From a virus (Duplodnaviria > Caudoviricetes), in the IMG/VR virus record IMGVR_UViG_3300017909_003509, positions 1 through 27,183 of that record: DNA of 27,183 nucleotides. One strand, given 5' to 3'. The notes under the pieces were generated by a model. It was not told where the DNA came from, ran no database searches, and saw only the letters and a program-made list of their open reading frames with translations. Shown piece after piece: positions 1-7,335 of the stretch (positions within the stretch are counted from its first letter, which is position 1; each line of letters opens with the position of its first letter). Position numbers and translations under genes: made by a program.

Positions 1-542
1 AAGAACTTAACCAGGGGTAACTCAGACGCCGGAAAGATTAGTAGTTCCTTTCTTGGGTGATGCGTTATCGAAAAATAAAAGTTTGTATCCTCAACGTAAT
101 CTTTTAGGCCGTCTCTAACAATCTTTTCTATCTTGAGAGAAGAAAGGGAAAACAGAGCATTTTTCGACAAGTCATTAAAATCTCTCCTGACTGTCTCCAT
201 CACTGGCTTGAGCGTCTCTTTATTGTGAGCCTGCCCTTTGTAAGCGTGTCTTTTCGACTTTACAAAGCTATTAAGCTTAAGTGCCTCTTTTGAATCTAAA
301 AGCCTTAGTATGTTCGAGCTGTTACAATAGTCAAATGTCCCCGACTTGTTTGCACGGTTTTTACAAGACAATTTAGCAGCATTGTTGATTAAAAGATCCT
401 CTTTATACTTTGTTCCGCCACGACGGAGCACACTAGGTGCGCTACCAAAAAATTTTGTGCAGTTATTCTCTATCAGAGATTTTGTAAACTTCTCACCTTT
501 AAGTCCATTTTTATGTGATTTGCCTGTGGTGTCAAAAGCCAT
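1..542 (-). CDS. Putative PD-(D/E)xK restriction-endonuclease-like protein (3' partial, runs off the window)
   Basis: Not in the ORF track. Manual translation from ATG at 542 (GAGG RBS upstream) is open to base 1: MAFDTTGKSHKNGLKGEKF...RRGGTKYKEDLLINNAAKLSCKNR...GTFDY. The GxxGE helix, GG-x3-KxD and SxK pattern resemble MspI/HinP1I-type nucleases. Confidence 0.6.
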   Translation of the reverse strand, partial: MAFDTTGKSHKNGLKGEKFTKSLIENNCTKFFGSAPSVLRRGGTKYKEDLLINNAAKLSCKNRANKSGTFDYCNSSNILRLLDSKEALKLNSFVKSKRHAYKGQAHNKETLKPVMETVRRDFNDLSKNALFSLSSLKIEKIVRDGLKDYVEDTNFYFSITHHPRKELLIFPASELPLVKF

Positions 543-578
543 CTTTTCCTCTTTTCACGAGTGATTGTTTGTTCTTAT

Positions 579-607
579 ATATTACTATATTTTTAGGATG
601 ATGTCAA
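579..607 (-). promoter_or_regulatory. Sigma70-like promoter
   Basis: Minus strand TTGACA-17 nt-TAATAT, 36 nt upstream of the ATG at 542. Confidence 0.7.
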
Positions 608-858
608 TCAAAAAAGTGACAGTTTTCTCTTTGCCACTCGTACTGGTGGGCGCGGTTGCAGTTTTTTCTGGTTATTAGCCAGCAATAAGCGCGGGGGGAC
701 GACAAGCACTCTTCAGTGCATAGCTTTCCATGCTCTGGTGTCTCAGGGCTGTAGCATATATACAACTCATCAGGTGGTGGCTCTAGTTCTTGTAACACCT
801 GTGTGTCGTCACAAGATAAGAGAGCGATAGTTAGCAAGATATTTCTTAGTTTTTTCAT
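604..858 (-). CDS. Small Cys-rich lipoprotein
   Basis: Start reassigned to ATG at 858 (ATGA overlap with the upstream stop). MKKLRNILLTIALLSC is a signal peptide plus lipobox, followed by six further Cys. Confidence 0.65.
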   Translation of the reverse strand: MKKLRNILLTIALLSCDDTQVLQELEPPPDELYICYSPETPEHGKLCTEECLSSPRAYCWLITRKNCNRAHQYEWQRENCHFFD

Positions 859-1277
859 TTTTCCGTAATGATTAGTGTTCCAGGATTGTAAGCACTTTCG
901 TCGTGGCAGCTCCAATCGTACTCTAATACAACTTGTTTTACAAATTTTTTCATCCTATCAGAGTTTCCTGTTATTATTTTACACGGAAGTTCAACAAAAT
1001 TTAAGAACTTTCTTATCTCATTATCAGCATCAGTGTGTTTTGTACCATGTAAGTTTAGTGTTCTCATCTTTCTTTGTGGCCTTCTATACTTTAAAGTACC
1101 ATAATGTATCCTAACATCGTCTCTGGTATCAAAAGCTGACCAGAGTGTATCTCTTCTCATCTTCGTGTTGTGTTGTCCAATGAGATAATAAATGTAGTTC
1201 TGAGTTGTTTTTGTAACAATTCCTGATTGTTCTGACGTTGTTATTAGGTCACCTTTTCTAACTTTAAATCCTTGCAA
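855..1277 (-). CDS. Smr (small MutS-related) domain protein with N-terminal KOW/SH3-like segment
   Basis: C-terminal TLNLHG...KIITG...NPG matches the Smr signature (xLHG, ITG, G loop). N-terminal VRKGDLIT..GIV is KOW/SH3-like. TTG start with AAGGA RBS. Confidence 0.7.
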   Translation of the reverse strand: MQGFKVRKGDLITTSEQSGIVTKTTQNYIYYLIGQHNTKMRRDTLWSAFDTRDDVRIHYGTLKYRRPQRKMRTLNLHGTKHTDADNEIRKFLNFVELPCKIITGNSDRMKKFVKQVVLEYDWSCHDESAYNPGTLIITEK

Positions 1278-1278
1278 T

Positions 1279-1569
1279 TTAATTCCTTTCTTGCTCTTTT
1301 TCTAAACGAAAAAGCCAGTTTGTGGTTACTAGTCCCATCGAGTCGGTTAGTTTATTGCTCCTAGATACCATATGCTCAAAAAAAGTTCCATACTTTGTAC
1401 TGGGCTGCATCTTCACGATGGCCATTTCAGTCCTGTGATTCACTGTTTCATCGTCGGTGAATACATCCAGGATGTCTATAATCACACCCACCCATTCTCT
1501 CCCATACAGCAGGTGGTATACTAAATCCCCTACTTTGAGTCCCCTGATTGTCGATGTCTTTTTGTGCAT
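1279..1569 (-). CDS. Hypothetical protein, SH3/KOW-like
   Basis: LKVGDLVYH...GVIIDI beta-barrel pattern; AGGAG upstream; abuts the next gene. Confidence 0.6.
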   Translation of the reverse strand: MHKKTSTIRGLKVGDLVYHLLYGREWVGVIIDILDVFTDDETVNHRTEMAIVKMQPSTKYGTFFEHMVSRSNKLTDSMGLVTTNWLFRLEKEQERN

Positions 1570-1654
1570 AATATGAAACCACTCCTAAAGTAATTAAGGA
1601 GATAATCCATAGAATGATTATAAAAGGCATTATTTTATTTAAAAAATCGAACAT
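1448..1654 (-). CDS. Possible small membrane protein
   Basis: Strong hydrophobic helix IMPFIIILWIISLITLGVV, but a 122 nt overlap with 1279..1569 and no clear RBS. Confidence 0.3.
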   Translation of the reverse strand: MFDFLNKIMPFIIILWIISLITLGVVSYYAQKDIDNQGTQSRGFSIPPAVWERMGGCDYRHPGCIHRR

Positions 1655-1721
1655 ATATATTTACAATCACCGACGTAGTGATGGCAATCAACGCTAACCT
1701 CGGGTCTTTCCACCTAGTCAT
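1635..1721 (-). CDS. Possible 28 aa membrane micro-protein MTRWKDPRLALIAITTSVIVNIYVRFFK
   Basis: ATG overlaps the end of the upstream gene and fills an otherwise empty gap; hydrophobic core flanked by basic residues. Confidence 0.35.
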   Translation of the reverse strand: MTRWKDPRLALIAITTSVIVNIYVRFFK

Positions 1722-2307
1722 AAGTGTTTACACGCGTAAGAACAGAAAGCTCTGCGCGGCATTGTTGCATAATATCTCCCCTGTTCCTAGAGCGAGCATC
1801 ATCCAGAACTAACTGTAACACTTTGAATGTTTTATCGCAATTCATATAAAACTGAAAGGCATCAAGCATTGAAGTTAAACTAGAATATATAATCGAACGC
1901 GACCTTGAGCTAAACTCTGATATTCCATGTTGCTTTGTTCTTAGCCTTAGATAAACATCGGCTTTTGCGTCAGTTTGTGCCTCGGACAAAGACATAGAGA
2001 ATATTGGCTTCACAACTAAATCAACCAAACTAATGTTTTTTAGTGATGGATAATCTTTCATAAAAGTATTATAACACACTTTATATATTGCGTCAAGAAA
2101 ACCAGAACCTAAAACTTCATTAAAGTTATACTCTACAGTTGTCTTATCTTCTATTTTTTGAAAACATATATCAACTATTGTTTTATCGCTGAGGAGATTT
2201 TCTTCTACTCTGAGGAGGGTTGGTTTTAGTGTTACAATATTTTCGCCTAGGCGGCGGGCAAACACATCGCGAACGTCATCTCTACGAAAATCTTGTGGCG
2301 TCTTCAC
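1714..2307 (-). CDS. Stand-alone LeuA (2-isopropylmalate synthase) allosteric/dimerisation-domain-like protein
   Basis: GSGFLDAIY...LVDLVVKPI...TDAKADVYLRL...SRSIIYSSLTSMLDAF parallels the LeuA regulatory consensus GxGPxDA...LxDY.V..I...TDAxA.V.V....DIxxAS..A.xxA. No TIM-barrel catalytic domain. GTG start overlaps the upstream TAG. Confidence 0.55.
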   Translation of the reverse strand: MKTPQDFRRDDVRDVFARRLGENIVTLKPTLLRVEENLLSDKTIVDICFQKIEDKTTVEYNFNEVLGSGFLDAIYKVCYNTFMKDYPSLKNISLVDLVVKPIFSMSLSEAQTDAKADVYLRLRTKQHGISEFSSRSRSIIYSSLTSMLDAFQFYMNCDKTFKVLQLVLDDARSRNRGDIMQQCRAELSVLTRVNTYD

Positions 2308-4130
2308 TACTCCAGCCTTTCTAGTCCTGCCGATACTTTAAATAATGACTGAACATTGTTCAGTCGCTTGATGTCTTTAAGAATTCTTAACTTTACATCT
2401 TCTGGTGCGTTTAATTGTCCTGGGGTCGATGGTATAAATTTAATCGAAAGACCTGCAATGTATCTACCCTCAGAAACTTTTTGATTTTTAATCACAACTG
2501 TAACAATTGTAACGTTAGGAAGAGCGCGTAGGTCTGCTAGTATATCATCAAGACCTCGTGACTTATTCTCTTCAATAGTTAGACCATAAGAAAGCATACA
2601 ATAAAACTTATAGATACCTCGCTGCCTGCTCCGGCCCTTCTCTTCTTTTACAATTTCTTTTTCTATACTATCATAAAAGCTTTGCTTTGTCAAGTGGTTG
2701 TGTTTAAAATATCTTTGTATATCTTCTTCTATTCCCGGTGACTTCATTTGTTGGCCGGATGGAGCATAATATCCCTTCTCTACAAATATCGCATTAATTA
2801 CTTGCTTTATATCGTTGACTTCATTTTCAAGTTGCGCTGCTGTGAAGTTTACAAACTCTCTGAATCCTTCTATTGTATAGTCATTTTCATCATTAACAAT
2901 ACCTTCAATTTGTAACTGTTCGCCGCGCGGCTGGTAGATACGAATCTCTTCAATACCATATATCCCAACATCTTGTAGTCGAGCTTCGATTTCACGCTCT
3001 AGCTGTTGTTGCTCACCACTTGACATATCAGTGATATCATTGGGAGCGCCAGTGAATGCTTCGGATGATATGTCAATATCAAGGTTAACAGTAGCCCCGT
3101 AGTTTACATATATCTGTTGGCCGGCTGTAGATATGCCATCCCAAACCTCATGGAAAATCTCTACATGCTGTAGGTCTCTTTCCGCTTCTTGTTGTATTTC
3201 TTCACAAGCTTTCTCAGCTGCTGCAACAGGGTCTGGTGGTGGGTTGCCTTGGATGGCTTCCTTTGAATTGGTTAGTAGCTCATCGTATATCTGAGATACC
3301 AACTCTTCGCGAGCCTCTTCGTCTTGGTCTTTATACTCTTCGAGGCCAGCGAGGTGTTCTCCGATTACACTAAAAAGGTCGTCTGGGTCTTGAGATTTGT
3401 TTGGTGCATCCCAGTACATCTGTATGTCTCCATCATAGTCAAACTGTAGCGCAACTATGTGGTCTCTGTCGCCTTCTGGTATGCCAAAAAATCTAGTGAT
3501 AACAAATGCTAGGCCATCTTCCTTAGTGTACTTGTTAAAGTAGTTCCTCTCCGACTTGGTGGATATACACCAAGTTGTGAGTCTTGGGTTGTGTCCATAA
3601 TAACAGCTGGCTTGCATTGTTTCTGGACGGATGGCCATAATACCGTGGTCATTATAAACCATCTTAGAGCCTTCTTCTGCCGCCTCCTTATCTTTTAGAG
3701 CAGCCAGTTTGGCGCGCTTTGATATGCCAAGCTTGTCCAGCTTATACTGCAATTCTCCGACGTTGTATTTGTATATGTCCTTCTCTTCCATCCTTTGTTG
3801 ATTCTGCTGGAAGTCTTGTATGACATCCATAATCTCTTCTGCAACCCTAAGAACATCATTCTCATCATATTCCAAGGATTCACCGTATTCCAAGTATTCT
3901 TCAAACTCTGCATCAAAATTATTAAATAATTCTCTAGCGAAGAACATAAGATATTTTGATACACCTTTGGGGCCAAGAGTGTTCTCTAGTTGTCGTCGTC
4001 CCCAGTTTATCCAGTTTAATTTTTCTAGCGCTGGATACTTGGCCTTAACGTCTTTAACTCTTGCCTCGACAAGAAGCTCTGGATACCTTTCTTCCAGCAA
4101 GAACTCTTTCCATTGTTTATTGAATTGCAT
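2307..4130 (-). CDS. Large acidic phage protein, probably virion-associated
   Basis: 607 aa ORF with N-terminal WKEFLLEE, an ASCYYG...TTWCIS...YFNKY motif I recognise from large-phage hypothetical proteins, and a C-terminal ~105 aa domain with a ferredoxin/ACT-like pattern. Confidence 0.6.
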   Translation of the reverse strand: MQFNKQWKEFLLEERYPELLVEARVKDVKAKYPALEKLNWINWGRRQLENTLGPKGVSKYLMFFARELFNNFDAEFEEYLEYGESLEYDENDVLRVAEEIMDVIQDFQQNQQRMEEKDIYKYNVGELQYKLDKLGISKRAKLAALKDKEAAEEGSKMVYNDHGIMAIRPETMQASCYYGHNPRLTTWCISTKSERNYFNKYTKEDGLAFVITRFFGIPEGDRDHIVALQFDYDGDIQMYWDAPNKSQDPDDLFSVIGEHLAGLEEYKDQDEEAREELVSQIYDELLTNSKEAIQGNPPPDPVAAAEKACEEIQQEAERDLQHVEIFHEVWDGISTAGQQIYVNYGATVNLDIDISSEAFTGAPNDITDMSSGEQQQLEREIEARLQDVGIYGIEEIRIYQPRGEQLQIEGIVNDENDYTIEGFREFVNFTAAQLENEVNDIKQVINAIFVEKGYYAPSGQQMKSPGIEEDIQRYFKHNHLTKQSFYDSIEKEIVKEEKGRSRQRGIYKFYCMLSYGLTIEENKSRGLDDILADLRALPNVTIVTVVIKNQKVSEGRYIAGLSIKFIPSTPGQLNAPEDVKLRILKDIKRLNNVQSLFKVSAGLERLE

Positions 4131-4147
4131 ATAGAAAACACCTTTTT

Positions 4148-4160
4148 ACTATAAATAGTT
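4148..4160 (-). promoter_or_regulatory. Putative phage late promoter motif (AACTATTTATAGT)
   Basis: Intergenic, about 18 nt upstream of ATG 4130; a similar motif recurs at 5692-5701, 9094-9102 and 10909-10917. Confidence 0.5.
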
Positions 4161-4174
4161 ATATTTTTCTAGTG

Positions 4175-4513
4175 TTAATAAAAAATCTGTATCAAGATAA
4201 TCAGTATAGACAGAGCCAGACAGATGAGCGTTTTTGCGGTAAACATAGACTCACCCAACATAAACCAAGTTAATATTGGAAACACAACAAATCCAGCTGA
4301 AGAGCCAATAAACCTAGCTGTCCAGACTGAGCCTGTTGCTTCTGATATATATTTCCATCCATACCAAAACAGAATACTGGTAGGCACCCCAACCAAAACA
4401 GCTGATAAAACTGCCTTGTCTGCCCACCAATCATACATCTTTTGTAGGTTAAGCTGATACCATCCGGCAACCTGTCCGCAAAGAAAAAATAGTATTCCTA
4501 TTAAGAGTTTCAC
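4175..4513 (-). CDS. Small 4-TM membrane protein, DMT/SMR/EamA-like
   Basis: 112 aa with four hydrophobic segments; the C-terminal LTWFMLGESMFTAKTLICLAL resembles the DMT GE motif. Confidence 0.6.
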   Translation of the reverse strand: MKLLIGILFFLCGQVAGWYQLNLQKMYDWWADKAVLSAVLVGVPTSILFWYGWKYISEATGSVWTARFIGSSAGFVVFPILTWFMLGESMFTAKTLICLALSILIILIQIFY

Positions 4514-4857
4514 TATTGGTCTCTTAGGTTTGTGTTGCCTAGTTGGATTAAAGTTGCCTGGGATAAACCTTTTGATAAACTAGCCATTGTTTTCAGTTCG
4601 GCTGGAGGGATGTGAAGTACTTTAACGTTTTCTTCTTCTGCTTGCTGTAGAAGTTCTTTTAGATAAGTCAACAGTATCTGCAAACTTATTCTTAATTCCA
4701 TCATACTAATCATGGTATCTTCTCTGAAGTTCTGTATTCCTTGATAATGGTCTTCTATCAGAGAGTCAACTCTATAAAAGTATGGTTCGGCCGCATCGTG
4801 CATTATTTTTAATGCACCAATGTCTACCTGTACAGATAGCTCTTTTTCTTCTGACAT
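4513..4857 (-). CDS. Hypothetical protein
   Basis: 114 aa helical ORF, tightly coupled to both neighbours. Confidence 0.7.
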   Translation of the reverse strand: MSEEKELSVQVDIGALKIMHDAAEPYFYRVDSLIEDHYQGIQNFREDTMISMMELRISLQILLTYLKELLQQAEEENVKVLHIPPAELKTMASLSKGLSQATLIQLGNTNLRDQ

Positions 4858-4858
4858 T

Positions 4859-5113
4859 TTATTCTCCCGAAAGCAAGGCTACTAAATCTGAATAACCACC
4901 TATCTTTTTAGTGTAACCTGTTTCTAGACAATTCTCAAGAATAATCGGCACAGTATTTTGTTGATGAAATACTTTGTAGTCTTCTAGTAGTTCTAGGTTC
5001 TTTACGTAGTCTAGCATCACGTATTGTATTTTTTCTGCTTTACATAAATCAGCAGCCATACAGCAAAACGGACAAGTACTTCTACCGACTATAATATATC
5101 TTTTCTCAGTCAT
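4859..5113 (-). CDS. grx: Glutaredoxin
   Basis: CPFC active site, TVP and IGGYSDL motifs. Confidence 0.92.
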   Translation of the reverse strand: MTEKRYIIVGRSTCPFCCMAADLCKAEKIQYVMLDYVKNLELLEDYKVFHQQNTVPIILENCLETGYTKKIGGYSDLVALLSGE

Positions 5114-5393
5114 TTAAAAGCCTACGTTGATTTTGCTCTCCCTTGGCCAGCGAATATATAGAGTCGGCCTCACCAAAAGCAATTACTTCTTCGGTCTTGT
5201 TTCCGTTGCTTATTCTAATTAATGAAAAACTATCTTTAGAAAATTGAGAACCTTCAGATAGCAAAAAATCTGAGACGCCAGTGTAGTCTGCAATTGATAT
5301 AATATTGTTGCTATTTATATAGATGCTTTTACTAGTGATATTTCTTTTATATCCTAAGTTCTCAACTATTAATTGTCTTAATTTTAAGAGCAT
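5106..5393 (-). CDS. Hypothetical protein
   Basis: 95 aa in-operon ORF; the IYINSNNIISI pattern is weakly FlbD-like. Confidence 0.65.
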   Translation of the reverse strand: MLLKLRQLIVENLGYKRNITSKSIYINSNNIISIADYTGVSDFLLSEGSQFSKDSFSLIRISNGNKTEEVIAFGEADSIYSLAKGEQNQRRLLND

Positions 5394-5394
5394 G

Positions 5395-5667
5395 TTATTT
5401 TCCTATTGATTTTAATACAAAAGCGCCTATCAAACCCACGACCGTAGTAAACAAAGTCCATATCATTCTTGATGATGTTTGCTTCCAAGATTCCAGCTCG
5501 CGTAGACGAGCATACAAGCCTTGGTCTGGGTTGTAGACTGCTTCTTTTATTTTTGCAATGTCTTGTGACATTTCTTCTTGTTTATCTTGCATAACATCGA
5601 TACCGTTACAAACTTTATCTAGTTTAACCTGCATCTCAAGCATGCATACTTTGCTTTCATCACCCAT
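5395..5667 (-). CDS. Coiled-coil protein with C-terminal TM helix (XhlA/holin-like architecture)
   Basis: Heptad-rich N-terminus, then MIWTLFTTVVGLIGAFVL; GGAGG RBS. Confidence 0.55.
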   Translation of the reverse strand: MGDESKVCMLEMQVKLDKVCNGIDVMQDKQEEMSQDIAKIKEAVYNPDQGLYARLRELESWKQTSSRMIWTLFTTVVGLIGAFVLKSIGK

Positions 5668-5691
5668 TATTAAGCCCTCCAGCTATTTACT

Positions 5692-5701
5692 AGTAAGTAG
5701 T
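5692..5701 (-). promoter_or_regulatory. Putative late promoter motif variant (ACTACTTACT)
   Basis: Intergenic between the groEL stop and the RBS of 5395..5667. Confidence 0.35.
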
Positions 5702-5706
5702 AAACG

Positions 5707-7272
5707 CTAGTGGACAATGCTATGATTAGTTAACAAAAGAGTGCCAGCAACTGATATCGCATTCTTCACTGCGCAGCGCGTCACCTTTGCCGGGTCGATA
5801 ACTCCTGACTGGAACAAGTCTTCCTTTTTGTTTGTCAAAAAATTGAAGCCTTCAAAATCTTCACACTCTCCGATGGTCAAGCGTAAGACTTCTGGGTTGT
5901 GACCCGCATTTGTAGCCATAGTGTTGAACGGGGAAGCTAATGCTTTCTTGATTATACCAAGTGCGGCGGTTTGCTCTTCATTGTCGAATTCTACGTTTAA
6001 GGCGTCAGAGATACGAAGCAACGTCATACCTCCACCTAGCACGATTCCTTCTTGTTGAGCTGAGTTTACAGCTTCTAGTGCATCTTCAATTCGATGTTTC
6101 TTTTCAATCATCTCTACTTCAGAGCTTGCCCCGACACGTACAATAGCGACACCAGAAGAAAGGCGAGTAATTCTATCTTGAAGACGTTGAGCTGCGTGTA
6201 AATCTTCAGTATCTTTAATCTCATTCTTTATCTCCTCAATTCTGTTTTCTACTTCATCGTAGTCGCCTTCACCATCGACAACAGTGGTCTGCGCCTTGCT
6301 AATTTCCACAGAAGAAGCTTTACCAAAGTCCACCAAAGATACCTCAGTTAACTTGTGACCCATTGACTGTTGAAAGAACTTTGCTCCCGTTGCTGTAGCC
6401 AAGTCGTTCATGATTCCTCTACGGTCCTCACCATAGCTCGGGGCCTTAACAGCAGCGACTTTCATAGAGCCACGAATAGTGTTCATAATTAGCGCCGCTA
6501 GTGCTTGTCCTTCAATATCTTCCGCAACAATAACAAATGGTCGACCTTCTCTTGCAGCAATCTCCAGCGCTGGAAGAATATCATTTACTTGTTCTATTTT
6601 ACTATCTGTGACAAGAAACATTGGGTTATCATATTTAGTCAAACCTCTGCGTTCATCCGTTACAAATGCGCGAGCCGCATAGCCAGACCTAAATTTAAAA
6701 CCTTCAACAAGCTCAAGTGTTGTCTCGTGAGATTTTGCATCTTCAACAGAGATAGAGCCATTCTTGCCGACTTTATCGACAGCTGTAGACACTAGCTCGC
6801 CAATAACAGTATCATTGTTTGCAGAAATTGTAGCAATGTGTCGAATATCTTCCACAGACGAGATAGGCTTTGAAAGCCCAGCAATACCTTCACATACAAC
6901 CTCACAACACTTGTCTAAGCCGCGTTTAATCTCAATAGGACTAACACCCGCCTCAATGTGCTTATTTGCTTGACGTAGTATTTCTCGCGCTAGAATCGTA
7001 CTCGTTGTTGTACCATCGCCAGCTTCAACATTAGTCATTGCCGACACTTGCTTTACAACTTCTGCTCCTGCATTCATATGCGGGTCTTCAAAACTGACGT
7101 TCTGTGCGACAGTAACGCCGTCTTTTGTAATGAATGGCCTTTTGTCTTTCTGGTGGATAAGGACATTCTGACCTTTAGGGCCAAGAGTGGTTGCAACATA
7201 ATCAGCCAGGGTGTTTACACCTTCCAAAACCTTGTTGCGTAGGGTCTGGCCGTGTTCTAATTTAGTAGTCAT
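5707..7272 (-). CDS. groEL: Chaperonin GroEL (phage-type, no GGM tail)
   Basis: TLGPKG, ITKDGVTVA, AGDGTTT, VAAVKAP, GGG and VIDPAKV motifs; 521 aa. Confidence 0.97.
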   Translation of the reverse strand: MTTKLEHGQTLRNKVLEGVNTLADYVATTLGPKGQNVLIHQKDKRPFITKDGVTVAQNVSFEDPHMNAGAEVVKQVSAMTNVEAGDGTTTSTILAREILRQANKHIEAGVSPIEIKRGLDKCCEVVCEGIAGLSKPISSVEDIRHIATISANNDTVIGELVSTAVDKVGKNGSISVEDAKSHETTLELVEGFKFRSGYAARAFVTDERRGLTKYDNPMFLVTDSKIEQVNDILPALEIAAREGRPFVIVAEDIEGQALAALIMNTIRGSMKVAAVKAPSYGEDRRGIMNDLATATGAKFFQQSMGHKLTEVSLVDFGKASSVEISKAQTTVVDGEGDYDEVENRIEEIKNEIKDTEDLHAAQRLQDRITRLSSGVAIVRVGASSEVEMIEKKHRIEDALEAVNSAQQEGIVLGGGMTLLRISDALNVEFDNEEQTAALGIIKKALASPFNTMATNAGHNPEVLRLTIGECEDFEGFNFLTNKKEDLFQSGVIDPAKVTRCAVKNAISVAGTLLLTNHSIVH

Positions 7273-7299
7273 TATACCTCACTTTACTATGATACTACT

Positions 7300-7327
7300 A
7301 TTATAATGTATTTTTAAGAAATGTCAA
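7300..7327 (-). promoter_or_regulatory. Sigma70-like promoter for groEL
   Basis: Minus strand TTGACA-16 nt-TATAAT followed by a GAGGT RBS. Confidence 0.75.
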
Positions 7328-7335
7328 GCAGTTTT

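Noticed and set aside
346-564. 72 aa plus-strand ORF
   Set aside because: Antisense to the longer minus-strand gene starting at 542, which has a promoter and RBS
859-915. N-terminal extension of ORF 604..915
   Set aside because: Lies inside the Smr gene; the ATG at 858 gives an ATGA overlap and a proper signal peptide
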